Of a stretch of 64,000 nucleotides of DNA, positions 9,771 to 18,329 are shown piece by piece. The position numbers were made by a program, and so were the translations under genes. Numbering within the stretch: position 1 is the stretch's first letter; the number at the start of each line of letters is the position of its first letter. The notes under the pieces are model-generated. The model did not search any database. It had not been told where the DNA came from and was given only the letters and a program-made list of their open reading frames with translations. Source of the stretch: Betaproteobacteria bacterium (lineage in GTDB: Bacteria; Pseudomonadota; Gammaproteobacteria; Burkholderiales; SG8-39); assembly GCA_947482825.1 (NCBI GenBank), contig CANKMT010000008.1:7634-71633 (forward strand), read 5' to 3'.

Positions 9771-10820
9771 TTACAAGGCGCCCACCGTCTGAAGTTTCTT
9801 GATCAGTTCATCCTGCCCCTGTTCCTGGAGCACGCGGCGCGCAAGCGCGGGATCATAGGTTCCTTTGACGGAGAGCCAAGCCGCCGGCGCACCGCCATAC
9901 CAAAGCTGCAGTTCGGCCGCGGTCGGTTTGTAGATCTTTACCTTCCCATCGAGAATCTTGGTATTGCGTGCGGTCCACTCGGCATCGATCTTGAAGCTGT
10001 CCGCGCGGATTTCCTTACCGATCCGATCGAGTATCTGCTTTGCCGCCGGAGGAAGCTTGTCGTAGCGCTTGTTGTCGATAAACAGGATGTGCGCGTTCCA
10101 GGCCCCGCCGGTCTGTGTGATGAATTTCGACACTTCGTAGAATTTTTGTGCCGCCACATAAGCGTCGGGAATATACATTCCGTCCACCACGCCGTTCTGC
10201 AGGCCTTCGTATAGCTGCGCCCAGTCGTAGGGCACGGCCACGCCGCCCCAGGTCTTGACGAGATTCAATTCCACCGGCGACTTGGTCACCCGGAACTTGA
10301 TGCCCTTGGTATCGGCGGGCACGCGGATCTCGCGCTTCGAATTGTCGAGATTGCGAAAACCGTAGGAGGGGATGATGGCGATGAAACGCAATCCGAGTTC
10401 CTTTTCGGCGCGCTTGGTCAATTCCTCGCCCAGCCAGCCGTTGACCAGTTTTTCCGCCGCCGCGTCGTCTTTGAATATGTAGGGCAGATTGAGAATATCC
10501 ACGGTCGGGCCGAACGCGCCGATATTGGCGCCCGAGACCGAGCCGATGTCAATCTGCCCCAACTTCGCCTGCTCTACGCACTTGTGCTCCGAACAAAGCG
10601 TATTTGCGCCCTGATGATTCGCCGTAATGCTGCCCTTCGAGTACTCCTCGAGTTTGGCGGACAGGTAGTTGAACCAATGGGTGGTGGGAATGGTCGGAGG
10701 ATTTCCGTGCGCCAGCGTAAGACGCATCTTGTCCTGACCCCAGGCACTCGGTGCGAGTGCGGCCGCAAGAGCGCATGCGGCAAGCAAACAATGCATTCGA
10801 ATGTGAATTTTAGTTTTCAT
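9771..10820 (-). CDS. dctP: TRAP transporter substrate-binding protein (DctP family)
   Basis: Start moved to ATG 10820 (MKTKIHIRMHCLLAACALAAALAPSAWG signal peptide), preceded by GAGGAGG. DctP-family body. Confidence 0.88.
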   Translation of the reverse strand: MKTKIHIRMHCLLAACALAAALAPSAWGQDKMRLTLAHGNPPTIPTTHWFNYLSAKLEEYSKGSITANHQGANTLCSEHKCVEQAKLGQIDIGSVSGANIGAFGPTVDILNLPYIFKDDAAAEKLVNGWLGEELTKRAEKELGLRFIAIIPSYGFRNLDNSKREIRVPADTKGIKFRVTKSPVELNLVKTWGGVAVPYDWAQLYEGLQNGVVDGMYIPDAYVAAQKFYEVSKFITQTGGAWNAHILFIDNKRYDKLPPAAKQILDRIGKEIRADSFKIDAEWTARNTKILDGKVKIYKPTAAELQLWYGGAPAAWLSVKGTYDPALARRVLQEQGQDELIKKLQTVGAL

Positions 10821-10879
10821 CCTTGCCTCCTCAGTCAAACGAAAAAACCCGCACGCCTCCAAGCGGCGGGATCCGAAAC

Positions 10880-12349
10880 TCAGGCTGTCATTTCGATCTT
10901 GAACTGACCCCGACCGCGCAGACCCAGGTAGCCGATATGGCGATGACGGGTGGCTTCGGCCAGCAGTTCGTACAAAGGATTGTAGGCGTGATAAAAGCGC
11001 GTGTAGTCCGCTGCGTCCCGGGCCGCAAACAGCGGCTTGAGGATGTCGTCCCCATAGAATGCGGCATTGAGCAAGTCGTCGTCCGACTTGAACGGCCCGC
11101 GGGTGCTTCTAAGCCGGTCAAGCGCCGGGGCAATGTGATCGCCGGAACGGCCTTCGACGAATTTGTCGCCCTTGCGCACCGCGCGGTCCATCAATTCCGG
11201 AGCGATCGGCGCCGGCGGCGTGCCGTAATAGCCCAGCACGTATCTGCGCAACTGGTCCGGCACGGTCTTGTAGCGTTCGCCTTGCATGACGTTCAGAACG
11301 GCCTGCGTCACCATGAACTGCGCGGTCGGGCTGACTACCGGCACATAGCCCATGTCCTTGCGGACCTGCGCGGTTTCCTCGAGGATCTCTTCGAGCCGGT
11401 GCTCGATGCCGGTCTCGCGCAACTGATTGCGCAAATTCGAGATCATGCCGCCCGGCATCTGGTGTTCCAGCACCCGCGCATCGAATGCGACGGGTTCGCC
11501 GCGCGGCTTGTTCCAGCGGTGGCACATATAGCGGAAATAGCCGGCCATGTCCTCGAGGGCTTCCCGGTCCAGTCCCGTGGTGTACCCCTTTTCGAGCAGG
11601 CGATCGTGGATCCACTCGGTGGGCGGATGCGAGGCGCCGTGGGCCAAAGGTGAGATCGCCGTGTGCAACTTGTCGGCGCCTGCGTCGGCGGCGGCGAGCA
11701 GCACTTCGGGTGCGCGTCCCGTCATGCAATGCGAATGGATATTGATCGGCACTGCTGCGATGGCGGCGCGCAACGCCGGGATCAACGTCCGGATCCGCTC
11801 CACTGACAGCATTCCGCTGGGATCCTTGACCGTGATCTCGTCGGCGCCGATACGCACGAAATGCGCGGCCTTTTGCGCATAGTACTCATCGGTATGCACC
11901 GGGCTCCAGCTGAACACGAGGTTTCCGAGCACCCTCAAACCGAGCGCATTCGCCTTGGCCGTGCAAACCTCGACGTTCTTTAAATCGTTGAACTGATCGT
12001 AGAGCGCGACCTGCGAAATGCCGTTGGCCTTGAGACGCTCCATGGCCAGCTCGACCACGTCGTTCGGAAATACCTCGAACGTCCACAGGCTCTGGCCGCG
12101 CACGATCGCGTTGAGCGGCGTCTTGGTGACGAGTTTTCTGACGTGGCGGATGCGCTCCCAGGGATCTTCACGCAGGAACCGCACCGAAACGTCCCACACG
12201 GCGCCGCCGATCAGGTCGATCGAATCGAATCCGATCCTGTCCATGCGCTCGGCGATCGGCAGCATCATTTCATTGGTCATCCGCGTCGACCACAGGCACT
12301 GGTGCGCGTCGCGCAGCGTTTCGTCGGAGATCGGAATCAGCCGGGACAT
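10880..12349 (-). CDS. 5S-type carboxyltransferase subunit (HMGL-like/PYC_OADA; pyruvate-carboxylase-B / oxaloacetate-decarboxylase-alpha-like, no BCCP domain), paralogue 1
   Basis: ISDETLRDAHQCLWSTRM, VKDPSGML and IHSHCMTG motifs (metal-ligand Asp, Lys, HxH). Start moved to ATG 12349 (MSRLIPISDETLRD), 8 nt after the upstream stop. About 489 aa, with no C-terminal biotinyl domain. Confidence 0.85.
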   Translation of the reverse strand: MSRLIPISDETLRDAHQCLWSTRMTNEMMLPIAERMDRIGFDSIDLIGGAVWDVSVRFLREDPWERIRHVRKLVTKTPLNAIVRGQSLWTFEVFPNDVVELAMERLKANGISQVALYDQFNDLKNVEVCTAKANALGLRVLGNLVFSWSPVHTDEYYAQKAAHFVRIGADEITVKDPSGMLSVERIRTLIPALRAAIAAVPINIHSHCMTGRAPEVLLAAADAGADKLHTAISPLAHGASHPPTEWIHDRLLEKGYTTGLDREALEDMAGYFRYMCHRWNKPRGEPVAFDARVLEHQMPGGMISNLRNQLRETGIEHRLEEILEETAQVRKDMGYVPVVSPTAQFMVTQAVLNVMQGERYKTVPDQLRRYVLGYYGTPPAPIAPELMDRAVRKGDKFVEGRSGDHIAPALDRLRSTRGPFKSDDDLLNAAFYGDDILKPLFAARDAADYTRFYHAYNPLYELLAEATRHRHIGYLGLRGRGQFKIEMTA

Positions 12350-12357
12350 GATGGCCT

Positions 12358-12858
12358 CTAGAGCGGTTTCATCAGCGTGCGAACGAACTGTTTGTCGAAC
12401 CAGGCGTGCTGCTTGAGGCGGTGCCACCAGGGTGTGTCGACCGAGCGGTTGCGCGCATCCGACTTGAGTGCCTGGGGTTCGAGATAATGCAACGCGGCGA
12501 AGCTATACGACGAGGCGCCCAGCGCGCGAAAGAATTCGCAGCCGTACCAGGTGGGCTCCTCCAGCAGCATCGGCATGTGCTCGTACTGGAACCAGGCGTC
12601 GAATTCGTAGTGGTAGTCGAACGGCACCGGATACTTAAGCATGTAGACGATCGGGCCGCGCTGCTCCGATCCGCAGCGATAGATCCGAACGCCTTGCCAG
12701 GTGGTCGCGAGAGGTCCGGCCTTTTGGCGCGGTGCCGCGAGGGCGGCTTCGCCCCGAACGAGCAGCACGCTGCCTTCGCGGCCTTCCGGTGCGTACCACT
12801 CTCCTTTGCCGGGACTTTCCGGTCGGCCCGGAAATTCCGAAATTCGAACATAACTCAT
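12358..12858 (-). CDS. hypothetical protein, EthD/DUF4286-like (paralogue of 9226-9735)
   Basis: Start at ATG 12858 (MSYVRISEF...) forms an ATGA overlap with the ligase stop. The C-terminus reads YEFDAWFQYEHMPMLLEEPTWYGCEFF...WWHRLKQHAWFD. The longer track ORF (to 13266) is an R-rich extension that overlaps the ligase gene. Confidence 0.65.
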   Translation of the reverse strand: MSYVRISEFPGRPESPGKGEWYAPEGREGSVLLVRGEAALAAPRQKAGPLATTWQGVRIYRCGSEQRGPIVYMLKYPVPFDYHYEFDAWFQYEHMPMLLEEPTWYGCEFFRALGASSYSFAALHYLEPQALKSDARNRSVDTPWWHRLKQHAWFDKQFVRTLMKPL

Positions 12859-14438
12859 ACGGTGGTCTCCGGTAGCTTGTCCTGCCTCGCCGCGGCGGCC
12901 AGTTCCGCGCGCAGTTGCTTCTTGTCGATCTTGCCGTTGGCGGTCTTCGGCAATGCCGGTACGAAAGTGAACTTGCGCGGCTTTTTGTAGCCTGCCATCG
13001 ACTGGGCGCAATGGCGCGAGATCGACTCGGGATCCTCCTCGGCGTCCGACCGAATCACGATTACGGCTTGCACGGTCTCGCCCCAAACCGGATCGGCGCT
13101 CCCGATCACCGCGCACTCCGCCACTGCGGGATGCCGGTACAGAACGTCCTCGACTTCGCGTGGATAAACGTTGTATCCGCCGGAAATGATCATGTCTTTC
13201 TTCCGGTCGACGATGTAATAGAACCCCTGAGCATCGATTCGCGCCATGTCTCCGGTGTAACACCAATCTTCGCGCAGCGTCAGTTCAGTCGCCAACGGAT
13301 CGCCCCAATAGCCTGTCATCACATGCTCGCCCGCGATGATGATTTCGCCAACTTCGCCCGGCTTTACGTCCGCACCTTCCTCGTCGACCAGCCGCATGCG
13401 CACGCCCGTGGCCAATCGGCCCGCGGCGCCGACGGCCTTGCGCTTGCCGGTGACGGGGTCCGGCAGGTGATCTTCCTTGGCGAGCACCAGGTCCGGCTGC
13501 GGCGCCTCGGTCAGTCCGTAGATCTGCACAAATATTGGACCAAAGGCCGCCAGCGCGCGCTCGAGCACCGGCTCGGGCATCGGCGCCCCTCCGTAGATGA
13601 TGGTTCGCAGGCTGCTCAAATCGTAAGCGACGCGATCCTCGGCGTCGCAAAGCATGGCGACGATCGTGGGCACCATCCAACTGATGCTGACGCGATGCGT
13701 TTGCACAAGACGGAAGAATTCGCCCGGCGAAAATTTCGGCATCAGAACGTTCTTCGCGCCCTTCACGTAAAGCGGCAGCACCTTGGTTCCGCTGCCGTGC
13801 GCCAACGAGGCCACGTGCAACATGACGTCGCCCTCGGCGACGAACATCTCGTTGGCAAGCGTATGGAACAACATCGCCCAACGCGAGCGAACGTTGGTCA
13901 AAGCGCCCTTCGGCCGCCCCGTCGTTCCCGAGGTATACCCCAGCATGTAGCCGTCTGAAGCCTCTGTGTCGGTGGCGAAGGTTTTCTCCGCGCCCTGTTC
14001 GAGCACGTCGCGCCAGAGCAACGCATCCGAAACGCCGGGCAAGGCATCGACGGCGATGATGGGCCTCGGCCCGGCGATGAGTGAGCGGCTCGACTGCAAT
14101 GCCCCGGCGTAAGCGCTGCACGTGATCAATGCCGCCGCCGAGCAGTGCGTGACGATGAACTCGATTTCCGCGCCGGTAAATCGGGGATTCACCGGCACCC
14201 GGATCAGACCCGCCTTGATCAGGGCAAAATCGGCGATCACGAATTCCGCGCAATTGGGTAGCAGCACCGCGACCCGATCGCCTTTTTTCAGGCCGTACAC
14301 GAGGCAGAGCGCGGAGGCCAGGCGATTGCTGGCGGCCTCCACCTGGGCGAATGTGAACGAGCGCTCCGCGTCGATCACCGCCACGCGAGCGGCGTGCTCG
14401 CGCCCGGCGCGAGAAATCAGTTCGGCCAGAGCGTTCAT
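12855..14438 (-). CDS. AMP-dependent acyl-CoA synthetase/ligase (ANL superfamily)
   Basis: YTSGTTGRPKG (A3), GYWGD, YTGD and SGGYNVYP motifs, plus the terminal PKTANGKIDK lysine. Confidence 0.92.
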   Translation of the reverse strand: MNALAELISRAGREHAARVAVIDAERSFTFAQVEAASNRLASALCLVYGLKKGDRVAVLLPNCAEFVIADFALIKAGLIRVPVNPRFTGAEIEFIVTHCSAAALITCSAYAGALQSSRSLIAGPRPIIAVDALPGVSDALLWRDVLEQGAEKTFATDTEASDGYMLGYTSGTTGRPKGALTNVRSRWAMLFHTLANEMFVAEGDVMLHVASLAHGSGTKVLPLYVKGAKNVLMPKFSPGEFFRLVQTHRVSISWMVPTIVAMLCDAEDRVAYDLSSLRTIIYGGAPMPEPVLERALAAFGPIFVQIYGLTEAPQPDLVLAKEDHLPDPVTGKRKAVGAAGRLATGVRMRLVDEEGADVKPGEVGEIIIAGEHVMTGYWGDPLATELTLREDWCYTGDMARIDAQGFYYIVDRKKDMIISGGYNVYPREVEDVLYRHPAVAECAVIGSADPVWGETVQAVIVIRSDAEEDPESISRHCAQSMAGYKKPRKFTFVPALPKTANGKIDKKQLRAELAAAARQDKLPETTV

Positions 14439-14459
14439 CGCGCGCGCCGGCCCGCGAAC

Positions 14460-15605
14460 TCAGCCGTCCCGGCCGAGGATCACGGTGGCATTGCCGGCGA
14501 CCACACCGCCAAAGCCATGCACCAACGCTCGCCGCGTGTTTTCCACTTGGCGTTTGCCGCACTCGTTGCGCAGTTGCCTCACCGCCTCGACCAGAAGGAA
14601 GATGCCGAACATGCCTGGATGGCAATATCGTAGACCCCCGCCCGAGGTGTTCACCGGCAGCTTGGAGCCCGGACCGATGCCGCGATCGACCATCCGCCCG
14701 CCCTCGCCCTTGGCGCAAAAGCCCAGATCTTCGAGACCGAGCAGGACCATGATCGTAAAAGCATCGTAGATCTGCACCACATCCATGTCTTTCGGTCCGA
14801 GACCGGCCATTTCATAGGCGGCGCGGCCGGACTCGACACCCGCGGTCGCCGTGTAGCTTCTCATGTTGCTCACGTAGCAATGGCTGTGGCTCTCCCCGGT
14901 GCCGAGCACGCTGATGGCGGGTTTGCGCAGTTTCTTCGCGCGATCCCGGCTGGTCAGAACGATGGCGCCGCCGCCGTTGGTGACGAGGCAGATATCCAGC
15001 TTGCGCAACGGGTCGCTGATCAGCGGCGAGGCGAGCACGTCGGCAACGCTAATCGCCTCAGGTTTGAGCGCGTCCGGATTGAGCGAGGCCCACTGGCTCG
15101 CGCTGACCGCCACCTGCGCGAGCTGCTCGCGCGTGGTGCCGTGCTCGTACATATGGCGCTGCATCAGCATCGCATATCCGGAAATCGGAAACAGCGCGCC
15201 ATAGGGACGCTCGAACGGAAGGATGTCGGCGCCGGTGACCAGTTTGCCGCCATCGGAGCGTTGCGTGCTTGCGTACGCGATCACCGCCACTTCGCATTGC
15301 CCAGACACGATCGCGCGCACTGCATGACCCACATGGGCCACTACCGATGCGCCGCCGATGTTGGTCGAATCGGTGACCTTGGGTTGGATGCCCAATTGAT
15401 CGGCAAGCGTAGCCGAAGGCATCCAGTAGTAGGGCGTCACGGCGAACACCCCGTCCACGTCGCGCACGCTCAGGCCAGCCTCGTCCAGGGCGCTCAATAC
15501 GGCTTCGGCCATGATTTCCGAAACGCTGTTGCCGGTCTCCCACCCGATCCCCGCGGTGGCCGCGCCGACGATCGATACCTGCCCGGAAAGATGCGTCTGG
15601 CTCAT
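14460..15605 (-). CDS. thiolase-fold protein (SCP-x/Ltp2-like) lacking the nucleophilic cysteine
   Basis: 381 aa thiolase-like fold. The position of the Cys nucleophile reads TNIGGASVV (Gly instead of Cys). The C-terminal CHPG is present, but the terminal C-x-G motif reads HGFGG. 4-nt overlap with the DUF35 gene. Confidence 0.8.
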   Translation of the reverse strand: MSQTHLSGQVSIVGAATAGIGWETGNSVSEIMAEAVLSALDEAGLSVRDVDGVFAVTPYYWMPSATLADQLGIQPKVTDSTNIGGASVVAHVGHAVRAIVSGQCEVAVIAYASTQRSDGGKLVTGADILPFERPYGALFPISGYAMLMQRHMYEHGTTREQLAQVAVSASQWASLNPDALKPEAISVADVLASPLISDPLRKLDICLVTNGGGAIVLTSRDRAKKLRKPAISVLGTGESHSHCYVSNMRSYTATAGVESGRAAYEMAGLGPKDMDVVQIYDAFTIMVLLGLEDLGFCAKGEGGRMVDRGIGPGSKLPVNTSGGGLRYCHPGMFGIFLLVEAVRQLRNECGKRQVENTRRALVHGFGGVVAGNATVILGRDG

Positions 15606-16027
15606 TTCGCGCTCCCCGCCGGCCGAAACATTGGAATCGCGAGGTTTTCGCCTGCCGCTTCGAACACGACCTCGACCCGCATTCCGATTTTCACCGAGTC
15701 GACCGGACAGTCCACGACGTTGGTCATCATCCGCGGCCCTTCGTCGAGCTCAACCATCGCCACCGCATAGGGAACCCGGGTCTTGAAAAAAGGATCTCCC
15801 GACTGCCTGACCACCGTGAAGGTATGCACCGTACCGCCGCCCGAACCCTTGATCCAGTCGACCCGATTCGAGCCGCAATGCGGGCAACGCGGGCGCGGAT
15901 GCCAGAAAGTGCGTGCGCAGGCCGTGCATTTGGGGACCAGCAAGCTACCTTCGGCGGCGGCCTTCCAGAACTTTTCCCCCGCATTCCTGGTTTCGGGAAG
16001 CGGGCGCGACGGAGTTTTCTCAGACAT
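15602..16027 (-). CDS. DUF35 Zn-ribbon/OB-fold protein
   Basis: 141 aa with CTAC...CPHC rubredoxin-like knuckles followed by an OB-fold. This is the classic partner of SCP-x-type thiolase-like proteins. Confidence 0.85.
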   Translation of the reverse strand: MSEKTPSRPLPETRNAGEKFWKAAAEGSLLVPKCTACARTFWHPRPRCPHCGSNRVDWIKGSGGGTVHTFTVVRQSGDPFFKTRVPYAVAMVELDEGPRMMTNVVDCPVDSVKIGMRVEVVFEAAGENLAIPMFRPAGSAK

Positions 16028-16104
16028 CGAACGACCTTTGGCGGTGCGGTGGACGCGTGCCGTCAGGCTGCATCCGTGTCGCGTTCGGGGATTGGATCAT
16101 TTGC

Positions 16105-17553
16105 TTATCGGCCGACCATGAGTTCGGTCCCCGCAAACCGCAGCTTCATGCGGCCCAGGCCGGTCTGACTGCCCAGGTAATGGACCAACTCGTTCAGCGG
16201 GGTCGTCCGATGCGCGTGGGGCTTTTCCGCGCGCACGCGAAGCGGCGCAAGCAGCCCCTTTTCGTAGAAAGCCGCCAGCAGGATGTCTTCGTCATCCGCC
16301 CCGGCGCCCAACTCTTTGCGCAAACGAGGGATCCACGGCTCGACGTGGGCGCCCGCTCGCCCGTGCGCCAAAGCACCCGGCTCGACTTGCGCGCGCTCCA
16401 GAAACTCCTTGCACGGCGTCGCGGCCAGGCGGCCGTAGTAGCCCATCGCGTACTTGCGAACTTCGTCGGGGATGGTTTTGTAGCGCTCGCCGGAAACGAC
16501 GTTAATCACCGCCTGGGTGACGACGTACTGCGCAAACGGGCTCACCAGGATCGGGTAACCGAGATCCTCACGCACCCGCCCCACCTCTTCGAGGATCTCG
16601 GGCAGGCGATGTCCCATGCTCATGGTCTCGAGTTGGGATTTCAGATTCGAGATCATGCCGCCCGGAACTTGATGGGAATACAGCGCCGGGTCGTAGGCCA
16701 CCGCCTTGCCGCGGGGCTTGTCTTCCCGCACGCACAGCCAGTTGAAGTAACCGCTGATTTCCGCGATCGCCTCCATGTTCAGGCCGGTTTCCACGCCAAG
16801 TTCGGCCGCGCGCCGGGCGATGTCTTCCACCGCCGGCAAGGACGCTCCGTTGGCCAGCGGCATGACCGCCGTATGCACGTAATGAAATCCCGCCTTGATC
16901 GCCTCGCTATAGACTTCCGGCGCGAGCGTGGACTGACAGTGCGAATGCAATTCGACGTGCTTGCCGCCCGCGGCCTGCATCACCACGGGAAAGAGCGTCT
17001 TCGCACGCTCCGGGGTCAACAAGCCCGTCGGATCCTTTACGCCGACGCGGTCCGCGCCCAGCGCGACCAACTCCCGAATGCGCTCGGCATAGTAGGCGTC
17101 CGTGTGCACCGGGCTGACCGTGTACACGGTGACCGCGGTTACGTTCATGCCGACGGCTTTGGCCGATGAAATCGGCACCTCGACGTTGCGGTTGTCGTTG
17201 ATCGCGTCGTAGACGGTGACGCTTTTCATCCCGTTGCGGGCGAGGACCTTGGAATTGAGCTCGACGATGTCGTCCGGAAAGAGCTCGAACGTATAGAGAC
17301 TCTGCCCTCTCAGAAACGTATCGGCGGGTGTGCGCAGATTCGCGCAGAGAGCTTCCACGCGACGCCAGGGGTTTTCATGCAAAAATCGCACGCAGACGTC
17401 GAATACCGCTCCACCCAGGACATTCACATAGTCATAGCCGGCCCGGTCGATGGCCGGCAGGATCGGCGCCATCATCGCCGAGGTCATCCGCGTCGCCCAC
17501 AGGCACTGATGGCCGTCCCGGAGCGTCACGTCGATGAAGCCCAGCCGCGGCAC
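16105..17553 (-). CDS. 5S-type carboxyltransferase subunit, paralogue 2
   Basis: IDVTLRDGHQCLWATRM, VKDPTGLL, LHSHCQS. 482 aa with no BCCP domain. Starts 3 nt after the BCCP stop. Confidence 0.87.
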   Translation of the reverse strand: MPRLGFIDVTLRDGHQCLWATRMTSAMMAPILPAIDRAGYDYVNVLGGAVFDVCVRFLHENPWRRVEALCANLRTPADTFLRGQSLYTFELFPDDIVELNSKVLARNGMKSVTVYDAINDNRNVEVPISSAKAVGMNVTAVTVYTVSPVHTDAYYAERIRELVALGADRVGVKDPTGLLTPERAKTLFPVVMQAAGGKHVELHSHCQSTLAPEVYSEAIKAGFHYVHTAVMPLANGASLPAVEDIARRAAELGVETGLNMEAIAEISGYFNWLCVREDKPRGKAVAYDPALYSHQVPGGMISNLKSQLETMSMGHRLPEILEEVGRVREDLGYPILVSPFAQYVVTQAVINVVSGERYKTIPDEVRKYAMGYYGRLAATPCKEFLERAQVEPGALAHGRAGAHVEPWIPRLRKELGAGADDEDILLAAFYEKGLLAPLRVRAEKPHAHRTTPLNELVHYLGSQTGLGRMKLRFAGTELMVGR

Positions 17554-17556
17554 GAA

Positions 17557-18078
17557 TCATCCCTTCGGGTCGATGACGATCAAGGCCTGTCCCACGTCGA
17601 CCGGCTCTGCGTCGCCGACCAGAATATGGGTCACCCGGCCGGCGCAGCCGGCGGGCATCGAGTTCATCAGTTTCATGACCTCGATAATGCAAACGATCGC
17701 ATCGGCCTCGACTTTCTGCCCAACCTCGACGAACGGCTTGGCGCCCGGTTCCGGCGAACGATAAAACGTGCCCACCATGGGCGATCTGACTACCGTCGAG
17801 CCGGCCGGGAAATCGATTGCTGCGGCGCGGGGCGCGCCTTTCGGCGTTGCAGGCACCGAGGCCGCAGTTGCGGGTGCGAGTGCGGGTGTGGTTGAGGGTG
17901 CGATCGTAGCCATCGGCGGCGCAACCGGCACCGTCGCGGCATTCGCCCCGGCCCCGGACTTGCGCAAATCGAGTTCGATCTCACCGACTTTCAGGTGGAA
18001 TTCGGAAAACGACTCCGCGGATTTGATCAGTTCGACGATCTGCAACAGGTCGTCGTAGCTCAGGATTTCCTTTCCCAC
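17557..18078 (-). CDS. accB: biotin carboxyl carrier protein (AccB architecture)
   Basis: 173 aa: N-terminal domain, Ala/Pro-rich linker and a biotinyl domain with the CIIEVMKLMN (E-x-MK-x-M) biotinylation motif. Confidence 0.9.
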   Translation of the reverse strand: MGKEILSYDDLLQIVELIKSAESFSEFHLKVGEIELDLRKSGAGANAATVPVAPPMATIAPSTTPALAPATAASVPATPKGAPRAAAIDFPAGSTVVRSPMVGTFYRSPEPGAKPFVEVGQKVEADAIVCIIEVMKLMNSMPAGCAGRVTHILVGDAEPVDVGQALIVIDPKG

Positions 18079-18329
18079 CGGACGGTCTCCCTGGTTTTAT
18101 GGTCGTTACACCGTGCGCGCCGGCTTTGACGCCGCACGCGAATGCAGGCTCGCTCTCTATTGTGCGAGCGATGCATTCTAAGCATAAACCGCCCGCGTGC
18201 CCCGGCCCGTGAAACCGGTCCGGTTCCGGCAATCACCGGCCGATAGAGTAAACACGCAATCTACAATAAGCTTGTACTGTTTCGCATTCGTCCTTCTCCC
18301 GTGCGGCGGCCCATGGAAGGCACATAAAC

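Noticed and set aside
12358-13266. 302-aa version of the EthD-like gene
   Set aside because: The first 136 codons overlap the AMP-ligase gene in another frame and are R/G-rich. The internal ATG at 12858 gives a clean ATGA junction and matches the length of the paralogue.
18079-18329. Short palindromes (ATGC-N7-GCAT) and a TACAAT box in the divergent BCCP/CT3 intergenic region, considered as operator and promoter
   Set aside because: No acceptable -35 lies at 16-18 nt spacing. The half-sites are only 4 bp long. No regulator gene in the window links to them. Too weak to report as features.
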